From positions 1-24,422 of IMG/VR virus record IMGVR_UViG_3300032237_001332: a stretch of 24,422 nucleotides of DNA; one strand, 5' to 3'. Below, one piece after another: positions 1-8,131 of the stretch; within the stretch, counting starts at the first letter, position 1; every line of letters begins with the position of its first letter. A program made the translations under genes and the position numbers. Under the pieces are notes generated by a model. The model searched no databases and had not been told where the DNA came from. It saw only the letters and a program-made list of their open reading frames with translations. Origin of the DNA: a virus (lineage: Duplodnaviria; Caudoviricetes).

Positions 1-288
1 GGGGTTGATGCAGTAAGTAGAGCTGCAGCATCCCCGTCTCACGATGATCGGCTTGGACTCAGAAGGGTACTGATCAATTGTTGCTAGCAAAAGTTCCCGT
101 GCATCGACACCCATGTACTTGGGACGGGCGTTTTGTGTTGTGGTGAACCCTTTGGTTGCCTGTCGGTTCTTTGCTTTTCTCAGGCACCAGCACTCGCTAT
201 CACCGAATGTGGTGTGAAAGCTTTTAAGAACATTAAGAAAATTGACTGCATGAGCACCGACAACGTACTTGTCGGCCAGGAATTGCAT
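1..288 (-). CDS. HNH/His-Cys-box-like zinc-binding protein, truncated at window edge (possible TTG start at 297)
   Basis: Not in the ORF track. Manual translation is open to the edge: MQFLADKYVV...DSECWCLRK...RPKYMGVDARELLL...PIIVRRGCCSSTYCINP, matching the CW...HxCxxxxCxNP layout of phage HNH_3-type proteins, but without the His. Confidence 0.6.
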   Translation of the reverse strand, partial: MQFLADKYVVGAHAVNFLNVLKSFHTTFGDSECWCLRKAKNRQATKGFTTTQNARPKYMGVDARELLLATIDQYPSESKPIIVRRGCCSSTYCINP

Positions 289-330
289 GTAGTCCAAGCA
301 GGGGAAAATGACTTGCACTTTTACTTTAGC

Positions 331-576
331 CTGAGATCCAAGTCAGGTCAAGGGGTTTCGCAGTTAAAAAAATGAACGTGCACATTTACCGGTTTTTACC
401 CTTATTTTCTTTTAGTAGAAGCAGTTTGTGGTTTTGCAGAGGTTGTAAATTGTATCCGTTGCTACAAATGTACATGCAAGATGAAACCACAAAGTGCTTC
501 CCCTAAGAGTAAAACCACCTAAATTTGACTAACACTGGTTGTTCAGCAAAAACGCTTGCGCTGCAACGGATCTCAG
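331..576. repeat. Large nested imperfect inverted repeat, candidate replication origin
   Basis: CTGAGATCC 331-339 / GGATCTCAG 568-576; TTTTAC-C-CTTA 394-404 / TAAG-A-GTAAAA 504-514; GAAGCA-G-TTTGTGGTTT 418-434 / AAACCACAAA-G-TGCTTC 484-500; TGTA-N8-TACA 451-466 at the centre. Confidence 0.8.
451..466. promoter_or_regulatory. NtcA-consensus-like box (TGTA-N8-TACA)
   Basis: TGTATCCGTTGCTACA is intergenic and matches the cyanobacterial NtcA consensus GTA-N8-TAC. It may simply be the apex of the palindrome. Confidence 0.35.
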
Positions 577-601
577 CCGCCCTCGGAACTCCCCCTGGTA
601 G

Positions 602-796
602 TTAGAAAAACTGTTTTTTAGTTGTTCTACCAAAATATTCCTCATATTGGTGTGCGTACGTTAATGCGACGTGATAAGACTCCGTATAACGGCATAAAGA
701 ACCCGTAGAAGTGCAAACTCTATGCACATCTCTACCCCAAGAATCTTCCCCAAATTCGATGGTCGTTCCGTTTGGAAACGTTTGAATGACTTTCAT
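602..796 (-). CDS. Hypothetical phage protein (64 aa)
   Basis: ATG ORF filling the gap, divergent from the 858 gene, with plausible composition. Confidence 0.65.
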   Translation of the reverse strand: MKVIQTFPNGTTIEFGEDSWGRDVHRVCTSTGSLCRYTESYHVALTYAHQYEEYFGRTTKKQFF

Positions 797-857
797 TTGT
801 CCATTTAGGTCTACTATTATTGTAAGAAAGGATTCTTTGTAGAGTTAGAGGTTATTC

Positions 858-1787
858 ATGGCTGGAGTTCCTAGACCGAATCCCGCTGCACCGGGAACAG
901 CTTTTTTGCCTCAGTTGAAGCGGTCTCTGGCCCCCTGGATACAAACAGCAATGAGTGCGGTTGAAAACACTCCGCTTGCAAGAATGCTGCAGCCAACAAC
1001 ATCGGCGGAAGAAGCTTGGTTAAGGCATGGACCATCTCCTTCGCAGCCGGGTGGAGCAGCCCCGCGTCAAGGACCCACACCGATTACCACAGGCACCAGG
1101 GACGGCGTTACTCCTGACCGCACACAAAGCGATCAATACAGGGCGGCGATGGGACAACAAGCACCGCAAGCAGCCCCTTCATTCCCACTGACACCACAAG
1201 GACAGTTCCAGCGGTACTTCCAATCTCCTGAAATGGATCAGTACTTTGGTGCTGCATCCCGTGGTCAAGGTGCTCCCGCAAACCTCCAGGCCATGCAACA
1301 GCTGGCAGCACAACCGCAAGCACCAACCACTTCCCCCCTGGCGACGTACTACAGGTCACAGAGCGCAGCTGGCCGTGGTGACATGGAATCGATTATTAGT
1401 ACGATGGGATACAAAGGAACTCCGATGGAGCAGTGGGCTAAGGCAAACCCAATGCTGGCGTTTCGTGAGTACAACAAAAAATATCCCGCCGGAGAACCGA
1501 CAACGGGACCGGACGATCAATCAATGATCAATGCCATCAAAGGTGGAACGTTCTATGCGCCGTCAGGAACACCTATGCCCTTTAAGGACATGTCTTCTGC
1601 TGTTCCAGGAACGCCATACACCGGACCAATTGGTGTACCAAACTCAACGATTGCAGGAGCCGCTAACGCTGTACCAGCCCCTCCAGGTACTCAAGGAGCT
1701 ACACCTCCAATTGCAGATAGGACAAGAGCATTTTTAAACTCAAATCCACTTGGAGATTTCTTTGTTCCAGGTTTTGGACGTGGTTAA
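858..1787 (+). CDS. Pro/Ala/Gln-rich hypothetical protein, probably virion-associated
   Basis: 309 aa ORF with AGAGG upstream; first gene of the plus-strand structural block; low-complexity composition. Confidence 0.8.
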   Translation: MAGVPRPNPAAPGTAFLPQLKRSLAPWIQTAMSAVENTPLARMLQPTTSAEEAWLRHGPSPSQPGGAAPRQGPTPITTGTRDGVTPDRTQSDQYRAAMGQQAPQAAPSFPLTPQGQFQRYFQSPEMDQYFGAASRGQGAPANLQAMQQLAAQPQAPTTSPLATYYRSQSAAGRGDMESIISTMGYKGTPMEQWAKANPMLAFREYNKKYPAGEPTTGPDDQSMINAIKGGTFYAPSGTPMPFKDMSSAVPGTPYTGPIGVPNSTIAGAANAVPAPPGTQGATPPIADRTRAFLNSNPLGDFFVPGFGRG

Positions 1788-1796
1788 TACTAAGCA

Positions 1797-2120
1797 ATGA
1801 ACAACGCTTCTCCGATCGGATTTCTGCAAGCCTACACACAAGGTTTCAACGACTACAGCCAAGCTGGAACAGACATCCCACCGTTGCGGATGCAGGATAA
1901 GTACGCCCAAGAAACAGGTGGTCCCCTAGTTAACCAATCCTTAATCTCCGCTACTCCCAGCTTTGATTTGAGGTTCCCCAAGATGCCTGGTATCGGAGCA
2001 AACGAACAGAGCATCGAAGGTATCCCGAATGCCACACCGGAGTTGCTCCAGAAATACATGGAGCGTAAACTCAGAAACCCAGGTGGCCAAGAACTGCCAG
2101 GATTCCTTAAGGGCGCCTAA
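1797..2120 (+). CDS. Hypothetical protein (107 aa)
   Basis: Starts 9 nt after the previous stop, same strand. Confidence 0.75.
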   Translation: MNNASPIGFLQAYTQGFNDYSQAGTDIPPLRMQDKYAQETGGPLVNQSLISATPSFDLRFPKMPGIGANEQSIEGIPNATPELLQKYMERKLRNPGGQELPGFLKGA

Positions 2121-2122
2121 AG

Positions 2123-2293
2123 ATGCCAACCCATTTGATTCGCAGCTGGACAGTTGAGCTTGCACAAAAATTAAGAAATTCTGAAGACTATTGCGATTGG
2201 ACAGTGGGCATGGAACCCATCCCTGGCGATAAGACGTGGACAAAGAAAAAATGTGGTAAATGCACATCTTGTACATGTAAACTAAAACAATAA
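2123..2293 (+). CDS. Small protein (56 aa) with Cys-rich C-terminus
   Basis: Not in the track. MPTHLIRSWTVELAQKLRNSEDYCDWTVGMEPIPGDKTWTKKKCGKCTSCTCKLKQ exactly fills the gap between 2120 and 2304. Confidence 0.65.
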   Translation: MPTHLIRSWTVELAQKLRNSEDYCDWTVGMEPIPGDKTWTKKKCGKCTSCTCKLKQ

Positions 2294-2303
2294 AGAAGTA
2301 ATC

Positions 2304-3272
2304 ATGAGTCAGACACTAGCCCAGTTAGTAAATACCAACTTTGGTTCTAGCGCAATCGTTACGACCGGTAGTGTCACTGCCTCATCGTTAGCTACGACCG
2401 GTGGTGTCACTGCCTCATCGTTTAACGGAGGACAACTAGCTGGTACCAGGAACCGCATCATTAACGGTGCAATGGCTGTTGACCAGCGCAATGTTGGCGC
2501 CGCTCAAACCTTCACCGCTGCCGCAGCACTTGCCTACAGCGTGGATCGCTGGTACGGCTACTGCACCGGCGCGAACGTCAGTGGCCAGCGGGTCCAGGGT
2601 GCAACAGTTGGACAGTACCGCTACCAGATTACCGGAGCAGCCAGCGTCACCGGCATCGGTTTCGGCCAGCGCATTGAGCAGCTCAACAGCGCCGACCTAG
2701 CAGGCACCACAGCAACGCTCAGCGTGGACCTGGCCAACTCGGTGCTCACCAGCGTCACCTGGACGGCCTATTACGCCACCACGGCCGACACCTTCGGCAC
2801 CCTGGCCAGTCCAACCCGCACGCAGATCGCCACCGGCACCTTCACGGTCAACAGCACCGTCACTCGTTACTCAACACAGATCAGCATCCCCTCGGCTGCG
2901 ACCACCGGCATCGAAATTGTCTTCACCGTCGGCGCTCAGACCTCCGGCACCTGGACGATCGGTGACGTGCAGCTGGAGCGGGGCAGCGTGGCCACACCGT
3001 TTGAGCGCAGGTCGTTTGGGCAGGAGCTGGCGTTGTGTGAAAGGTATTATTTGGCAGGCACATCGACACCAGCCCTTAACCCGCTTGGCACCACCGCAAA
3101 CATTTCGTGCTCAACGTGTTTCCCTGTAGAAATGCGTGTTAGTCCTACTGTTACAGCAACAGGACTTACCGTGAGTTACCAGAACAAATTAAACTTCACT
3201 GCGTACAGCAACACCGCAGGCTCATCCTGGAATGGTGGCAACGCAGCATTTACCGCTTCCGCCGAGCTGTAA
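2304..3272 (+). CDS. Tail fibre / carbohydrate-binding-like virion protein
   Basis: Motifs RNRIINGAMAVDQRN, DRW, QRIE and DVQLERGSVATPFERRSFGQELALCERYY are typical of a widespread aquatic-phage tail protein family. Confidence 0.8.
   Translation: MSQTLAQLVNTNFGSSAIVTTGSVTASSLATTGGVTASSFNGGQLAGTRNRIINGAMAVDQRNVGAAQTFTAAAALAYSVDRWYGYCTGANVSGQRVQGATVGQYRYQITGAASVTGIGFGQRIEQLNSADLAGTTATLSVDLANSVLTSVTWTAYYATTADTFGTLASPTRTQIATGTFTVNSTVTRYSTQISIPSAATTGIEIVFTVGAQTSGTWTIGDVQLERGSVATPFERRSFGQELALCERYYLAGTSTPALNPLGTTANISCSTCFPVEMRVSPTVTATGLTVSYQNKLNFTAYSNTAGSSWNGGNAAFTASAEL
2360..2422 (+). repeat. In-frame tandem duplication, 33 bp period
   Basis: TACGACCGGT(A/G)GTGTCACTGCCTCATCGTT at 2360-2389 and 2393-2422, one mismatch; encodes TTG(S/G)VTASS twice. 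Confidence 0.9.
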
Positions 3273-3275
3273 CCC

Positions 3276-3506
3276 ATGACCTTTCAACTCACCACATCCG
3301 ACAGTATCCTCCGCCTCGCGGATGGCGCCTTCATCCCACCGGATCCTGACAACAGTGATTACAGAGAATACCTGGCGTGGGTTGATGAGGGCAATACCCC
3401 CGAGCCCGCACCCGAACCGACTGTTCCTGTTGAACTGACACCAGCAGAAAAACTTGCTGCTGCAGGACTAACAGTTGAAGAATTAAAGCAACTTCTTGGG
3501 TTGTAA
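3276..3506 (+). CDS. Tail fibre assembly chaperone-like small protein
   Basis: IPPDPDNSDYREYLAWVDEGNTPEPA motif, directly downstream of the fibre gene. Confidence 0.75.
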   Translation: MTFQLTTSDSILRLADGAFIPPDPDNSDYREYLAWVDEGNTPEPAPEPTVPVELTPAEKLAAAGLTVEELKQLLGL

Positions 3507-3516
3507 TACTTACTGA

Positions 3517-3529
3517 TCTAAAATAAAAC
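3517..3529 (+). promoter_or_regulatory. TCTAAAATAAAAC motif copy 1 (putative -10 box TAAAAT)
   Basis: Identical 13-mer at 5223-5235; each copy ends 20-21 nt before an ATG. Confidence 0.55.
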
Positions 3530-3549
3530 CATAAGAAACTCTACCTGAC

Positions 3550-5232
3550 ATGTCATACATTGCAACTCCTAATTTAGCAATCTCTGCTGGTGGTGTTGCG
3601 TACACACCTTCTGGAGCAGGTGCAGTTACACGAACAGTTGACAGCAAGCTGAAGGATACTGTAAGTGTCAAAGACTTTGGAGCAGTCGGTGACGGCACGA
3701 CGGATGACACCGCCGCAATTCAAGCTGCTATTAATGCAAATAATGATGTTTTTATTCCACCAGGCACATATCGGTGTGATTCTACTATTACAATTAACAG
3801 CACTTACGCAAATCGAAAACTAGTCACAATGAGCGCTGGCACAAAATTGCAGCGTTTATCTGCATATAGTGCTGCACAAGGTCCCGTCGTTGCACTTTTA
3901 GGAAATTACGGACATTTTGATGGTGGATTTGGTGAAATCAGTTCCGAAAACGATTCGCCACGTGGAGTTGTTGCTTTAGGGCAACAAGACGTTACAGGAG
4001 GTACAAATGGTTTGTATTGGTCTTTTAGCAACTGTGATGTTCGGTGTAAAAATTACGTAACTGCACCAGTTTCTGGAGCAACTGTAGGTGTCTATATTCC
4101 CTCCTCTCAACCAAATTCAGGAAGTAACAGTGCTAATTATTTTGGCACTGTCTCTAATGTTCGAGTTTTTAGTGCATCAATTGCTTATCTTTTAACAGAT
4201 ATTGTAAATGCTCATACTTTTGTAAATTGCACTATTGATGCTTTTTGGCATTATGGTTGGTATTTAAGAGGTGCTTATGGGAATACTATTTACGGCGGAT
4301 TTATTAACGGATGCCTCCAAAACGGAGGGTATGCTATTTATCTTGGCAATAAACAGTACCCTTCTGCTCCTTATGCAGCAAGTAGCCAATCAAGTAATAA
4401 CAATATTTTTGGAGTAACAATGGAATTGTATACAACCGGAAACTATGGAGTTTATATTCCAGCCGGTGTTGGTGGTTATGCGTCCGCTCATAATTTTGTA
4501 CAGATAAATTGGAACAGTACTGGTACCGCCGTAACTGATTTATCTGGAACTAATTCAAACATCATATCAGATAGTCAAACAACTTTTGCATTAGGCGCTA
4601 ATTTGTCAATTCCAGATAATACTACTAGTGGTTATAATTTACTTCAAATAGGGAAGTCGACATACACTTCTTCTCATTGTATAGCTAAAACACCGCCTCC
4701 AGGTGGACCAGTATTGATTGTTGAAAATAATTCAACAGTTTCACAGACTAATGCTGGAGTACAGGTTACCAACAACACCCCTATCATTGGGTACAATTCT
4801 TATCAACTATCTTGTTATCACACGCCGACAACTTCTACAGTATTTGCTGTGCTTGATAATGGAAACGTAAAAAATACAAATAACAGTTACGGCGCTATTT
4901 CTGATGTCAAGTTAAAAGAAAACATTGTTGATGCTAATTCGCAATGGAAGGATATTAAACATCTTCAAATACGTAATTATAACTTAAAAGAAGGACAAAC
5001 ACATAAACAAATCGGCGTTATTGCACAAGAAATTGAATTAATTTCTCCTGGATTAGTAAATGAAATACCTGATCGTGATAAAGAGGGGAATGTTTTAAGT
5101 ACTGTTACAAAAACAGTAAATTATTCAGTGCTTTACATGAAAGCAGTAAAGGCTTTGCAAGAAGCAATTGAGCGAATCGAAACCCTTGAATCCGACAACG
5201 CAAACTTCAAAGAAATTCTTGGTCTAAAATAA
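3550..5232 (+). CDS. Tailspike with pectate-lyase-3-like beta-helix and C-terminal peptidase S74 intramolecular chaperone
   Basis: VSVKDFGAVGDGTTDDTAAIQAAI...FIPPGTY entry motif; SDVKLKENI...IGVIAQEIE...VNYSVLYMKAVKALQEAIERIETLE S74 signature. Confidence 0.88.
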   Translation: MSYIATPNLAISAGGVAYTPSGAGAVTRTVDSKLKDTVSVKDFGAVGDGTTDDTAAIQAAINANNDVFIPPGTYRCDSTITINSTYANRKLVTMSAGTKLQRLSAYSAAQGPVVALLGNYGHFDGGFGEISSENDSPRGVVALGQQDVTGGTNGLYWSFSNCDVRCKNYVTAPVSGATVGVYIPSSQPNSGSNSANYFGTVSNVRVFSASIAYLLTDIVNAHTFVNCTIDAFWHYGWYLRGAYGNTIYGGFINGCLQNGGYAIYLGNKQYPSAPYAASSQSSNNNIFGVTMELYTTGNYGVYIPAGVGGYASAHNFVQINWNSTGTAVTDLSGTNSNIISDSQTTFALGANLSIPDNTTSGYNLLQIGKSTYTSSHCIAKTPPPGGPVLIVENNSTVSQTNAGVQVTNNTPIIGYNSYQLSCYHTPTTSTVFAVLDNGNVKNTNNSYGAISDVKLKENIVDANSQWKDIKHLQIRNYNLKEGQTHKQIGVIAQEIELISPGLVNEIPDRDKEGNVLSTVTKTVNYSVLYMKAVKALQEAIERIETLESDNANFKEILGLK

Positions 5233-5235
5233 AAC
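5223..5235 (+). promoter_or_regulatory. TCTAAAATAAAAC motif copy 2 (putative -10 box TAAAAT)
   Basis: Identical to 3517-3529; overlaps the tailspike stop codon. Confidence 0.55.
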
Positions 5236-5256
5236 GATTGAAGGCCTTGCTTCCAC

Positions 5257-5832
5257 ATGGGATATATCGCAGCACCGACCGGTAATTACCGTAAACTAAC
5301 CAACATCTCATCCGGATTTAACGGTGTAACAACCACCTTCCAACTTTCTGTACCTCCTGGAACATCCGCTTACTACGTAACACCTGGTAGTACATATCAA
5401 CTAATCATCTCAGTAGGCGGCGTAATCCAAGAGCCTAACGTTGACTACACTTTAAACCTGAGCCAAATCACATTTACTACTGCACCTGCTGCAGGCCTAA
5501 GTTTCTTTGGCATTTTGATGGGCGATGCTATAAACATAGGTGTTCCTAGCGACGGAACAGTCACAGCTGCAAAATTAAGTCCTACCGGCGGCTTAGTTGG
5601 TCAGACTTTTGTACTTAACAACAGCGGACAATTTGTTTTTGGTACTGCGGGAGGAGCATCAGGAGGTGTTTCTGGTAGCACACCAAACCAAGTATTTTAT
5701 GAAAACGATCAAACTGTAGTAGCAGATTACACAATTACAACAAATAAAAATGCCGTAACTGCAGGACCCGTTACAATTCAAACTGGTAACACTGTTACCG
5801 TACCAAGTGGCAGTTATTGGTCAATTGTCTGA
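5257..5832 (+). CDS. Tail fibre / baseplate-associated structural protein
   Basis: FNGVTTTFQL...ISVGGVIQEP..DYT...ITFTTAP module and C-terminal VFYENDQTV..DYTIT...AGPVTI..G.TVTVPSGS.W motif seen in cyanophage-type tail proteins. Confidence 0.78.
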   Translation: MGYIAAPTGNYRKLTNISSGFNGVTTTFQLSVPPGTSAYYVTPGSTYQLIISVGGVIQEPNVDYTLNLSQITFTTAPAAGLSFFGILMGDAINIGVPSDGTVTAAKLSPTGGLVGQTFVLNNSGQFVFGTAGGASGGVSGSTPNQVFYENDQTVVADYTITTNKNAVTAGPVTIQTGNTVTVPSGSYWSIV

Positions 5833-5844
5833 TAGAATAACCCC

Positions 5845-6399
5845 ATGGCAGTAGCAATTAACGGAACTGGCTCTATATCAGGTGTGCCTGCAGGTGGATT
5901 ACAGGATGGTGCCGGTCCTGTTCTAGGCACTTCGCAGGCTAGTACTTCTGGAACGTCGATTGACTTCACTAACATCCCATCGTGGGTGAAGCGGGTGACG
6001 GTGATGTTTAACGGGGTGAGCACGAGTGGGGGTAATGTAATTTTAGTGCAGATTGGAGCAGGAAGCATTACAAATACTGGCTACAAATCTTTTTCCGGTG
6101 GTGCTGGGGGTGCTGGCGTTGCTGCCGCCGGACTTGCTGCTACATCAGGATTTACCATTGACGCAGGTGGCCCTAATGCCAGTTGGATTAGGTATGGAAC
6201 CACAACACTGGTCTTGCTTGGGTCTAATCTTTGGGCAGAATCGCATTCAATAGGAATGGATAACGGAGCAGCAGCTTATTTTGGTTTTAATGGGGGAGGC
6301 TCTCTTTCTTTATCCGGCACCCTAGACCGCGTGCGCATCACCACTGTTGGCGGCACCGACACGTTCGACGCCGGGTCGATCAACATTATGTGGGAATAA
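5845..6399 (+). CDS. Short tail fibre-like protein, paralogue A
   Basis: Gly/Ser/Thr-rich; IDFTNIPSWVKRVTVMFNGVS and SGTLDRVRITT..GTDTFDAGSINI shared with the next gene. Confidence 0.8.
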   Translation: MAVAINGTGSISGVPAGGLQDGAGPVLGTSQASTSGTSIDFTNIPSWVKRVTVMFNGVSTSGGNVILVQIGAGSITNTGYKSFSGGAGGAGVAAAGLAATSGFTIDAGGPNASWIRYGTTTLVLLGSNLWAESHSIGMDNGAAAYFGFNGGGSLSLSGTLDRVRITTVGGTDTFDAGSINIMWE

Positions 6400-6402
6400 A
6401 TC

Positions 6403-7005
6403 ATGAGCCCATTACGTTTAAACGGAAGCACTTCTGGTTATGTAGAACTTGCAGCAGCAGCTGTTGCAGGTAACGTATCTTTAACGCTACCGAGTACGGC
6501 AGGTAATGTTGTAGTTAACGGTGCAAATAGTGCGATTGTTAGTGGTACAGCACAGAACAGCACCTCAGGCACCAACATTGACTTCACTGGGATCCCATCG
6601 TGGGTGAAGCGGATTACGGTGATGTTTAACGGGGTGAGTACGAATGGAGCTAGCTCGTATCTCATTCAACTAGGATCAGGAAGCATTGACAATGCTGGGT
6701 ACATTAGTTCTTCTGGAGTAATCGTGAACGCTCCGAGTTATGGATCTGCTTCTCAAACAGCAGGTTTTAATATTACCGGAACAACGCCAGACTCCTCTGG
6801 TCTTTATGGTGGGTCTGCAATAATTACGCTTCTAGGTGCAAATACATGGACGCTTCAGGGTTGTTTGGGTTCAGCACTTAATGCGCGTACTTTCTTCTCG
6901 GCAGGTTCCAAAACCCTCTCCGGCACCCTCGACCGCGTGCGTATCACCACCGTCAACGGCACCGACACGTTCGATGCTGGTAGTATAAATATACTTTACG
7001 AGTAA
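6403..7005 (+). CDS. Short tail fibre-like protein, paralogue B
   Basis: LNGSTSGYVEL.A.AVAG...LTLP N-terminal module, then the same two conserved blocks as paralogue A. Confidence 0.8.
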   Translation: MSPLRLNGSTSGYVELAAAAVAGNVSLTLPSTAGNVVVNGANSAIVSGTAQNSTSGTNIDFTGIPSWVKRITVMFNGVSTNGASSYLIQLGSGSIDNAGYISSSGVIVNAPSYGSASQTAGFNITGTTPDSSGLYGGSAIITLLGANTWTLQGCLGSALNARTFFSAGSKTLSGTLDRVRITTVNGTDTFDAGSINILYE

Positions 7006-7008
7006 GCC

Positions 7009-7458
7009 ATGAGTAGCATCAAGGTCACAAACTTACTTCAGGCTAGTTCTGCCACCAATAACATGGTGTTGACATCTGGTGGCGATGTACAAGTAACAAA
7101 CAACCTACAGTTCAACAGTGGCTATGGCTCTGCCGCCACCGCCTACGGCTGCCGCGCTTGGGTAAACTTTGACGGCACAACAGCATCACCAAGCACCCGA
7201 AGAGGTAGCGGTAACGTCAGCAGCGTGACGAAGGGCTCGACGGGGGGGTATACCGTGAATTTCACGACAGCCATGGTGGATGCAAACTATTCAATTGTTG
7301 GAGGTGTTGGCGCACAAAGTTATGCCGCAACCCCTGAATACGGTACAACAAAAACAACCACAACCTGTTCAGTTAATACAATGATGCTTCTTAGTATAAG
7401 CGGCGATAATCGCACGCCAGGAGACAATGCCAACATTTGTATCGCCATTTTCCGCTAA
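7009..7458 (+). CDS. Tail fibre tip-like protein
   Basis: CRAWVNFDGT...SGNVSSVT..STGGYTVNFTTAM.DANY motif common in aquatic phage tail proteins. Confidence 0.78.
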   Translation: MSSIKVTNLLQASSATNNMVLTSGGDVQVTNNLQFNSGYGSAATAYGCRAWVNFDGTTASPSTRRGSGNVSSVTKGSTGGYTVNFTTAMVDANYSIVGGVGAQSYAATPEYGTTKTTTTCSVNTMMLLSISGDNRTPGDNANICIAIFR

Positions 7459-7467
7459 CTCACTATC

Positions 7468-7716
7468 ATGACAAACGCAATCATCTACCCCGGAGACAAC
7501 GGCAACATCGCACTGGTGATGCCAACCGGCGAATTGCCGATTGAGGATGTTGCCCAGAAAGACGTTCCTGCTGGCGTCCCCTACCTGATCGTGGACGCCG
7601 CCAGTCTCCCTGAAGATCACACCTTCTTTAACGCTTGGGAAGCTGACTTCAGCACCCCTGATGGCCACGGCATTGGTGCTGACGCTTACTTTGCCGCCCA
7701 GGAGGCCAACCAATGA
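7468..7716 (+). CDS. Tail fibre assembly chaperone-like protein
   Basis: IIY...NG.IA...P...AQKDVPAGVPYLIVDA..LP.D..FFNAW motif and position after the fibre gene. Confidence 0.72.
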   Translation: MTNAIIYPGDNGNIALVMPTGELPIEDVAQKDVPAGVPYLIVDAASLPEDHTFFNAWEADFSTPDGHGIGADAYFAAQEANQ

Positions 7717-7979
7717 TCACCATCAATCTTGATAAAGCCCGCGAGATCCACAAGAACAAAATGCGCGAAGCACGCGCACCGAAACTTCAGGAGCTTGACG
7801 TTGCTTTCATGCGTGCCGTTGAACAAGCCGATGCCGCCAAGCAGGCTGAGATTGCTGTTGAAAAGCAATCGTTGCGCGATGTCACCAAAGATCCAGACAT
7901 TACAGCAGCTACAGACATAGAAGAACTTAAATCTGCATGGCCAACGGGCTTGCTTGGTCCTAGCCCTTATCAGCCTTAA
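7713..7979 (+). CDS. Phage tail assembly chaperone-like protein
   Basis: KAREIHKNKMREARAPKLQELDVAFMRA...KQSLRDVT...ELKSAWP; ATGA overlap with the previous gene. Confidence 0.75.
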   Translation: MITINLDKAREIHKNKMREARAPKLQELDVAFMRAVEQADAAKQAEIAVEKQSLRDVTKDPDITAATDIEELKSAWPTGLLGPSPYQP

Positions 7980-8131
7980 TGGATCAACAAACCCTTAACA
8001 ACTGGAAGAAAATAAAAGAAACCCTGGAAGCATCAGGTAAAACAGACACCCATTTCTACAAAAGAGCAGTAGCCATACTGGCAGGCAAACCTGACCCACT
8101 TACTCGCCAAGGATTGTCTTGTAATCCTTAA
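7979..8131 (+). CDS. Small cyanophage-type hypothetical protein (50 aa)
   Basis: Not in the track. MDQQTLNNWKKIKETLEASGKTDTHFYKRAVAILAGKPDPL...; TAATG coupling to the previous stop; overlaps the primase 3' end by 32 nt. Confidence 0.75.
   Translation: MDQQTLNNWKKIKETLEASGKTDTHFYKRAVAILAGKPDPLTRQGLSCNP

Noticed and set aside
133-375. Track ORF of 80 aa on the plus strand
   Set aside because: Antisense to the HNH-like minus-strand ORF, which has recognisable motifs; weak start.
2304-7458. Diversity-generating retroelement acting on tail genes
   Set aside because: No reverse transcriptase in the window, both repeat copies are coding, and the differences are not adenine-specific.
7468-7979. 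Programmed frameshift fusing the two chaperone genes
   Set aside because: Simple ATGA overlap with no slippery heptamer at the junction.
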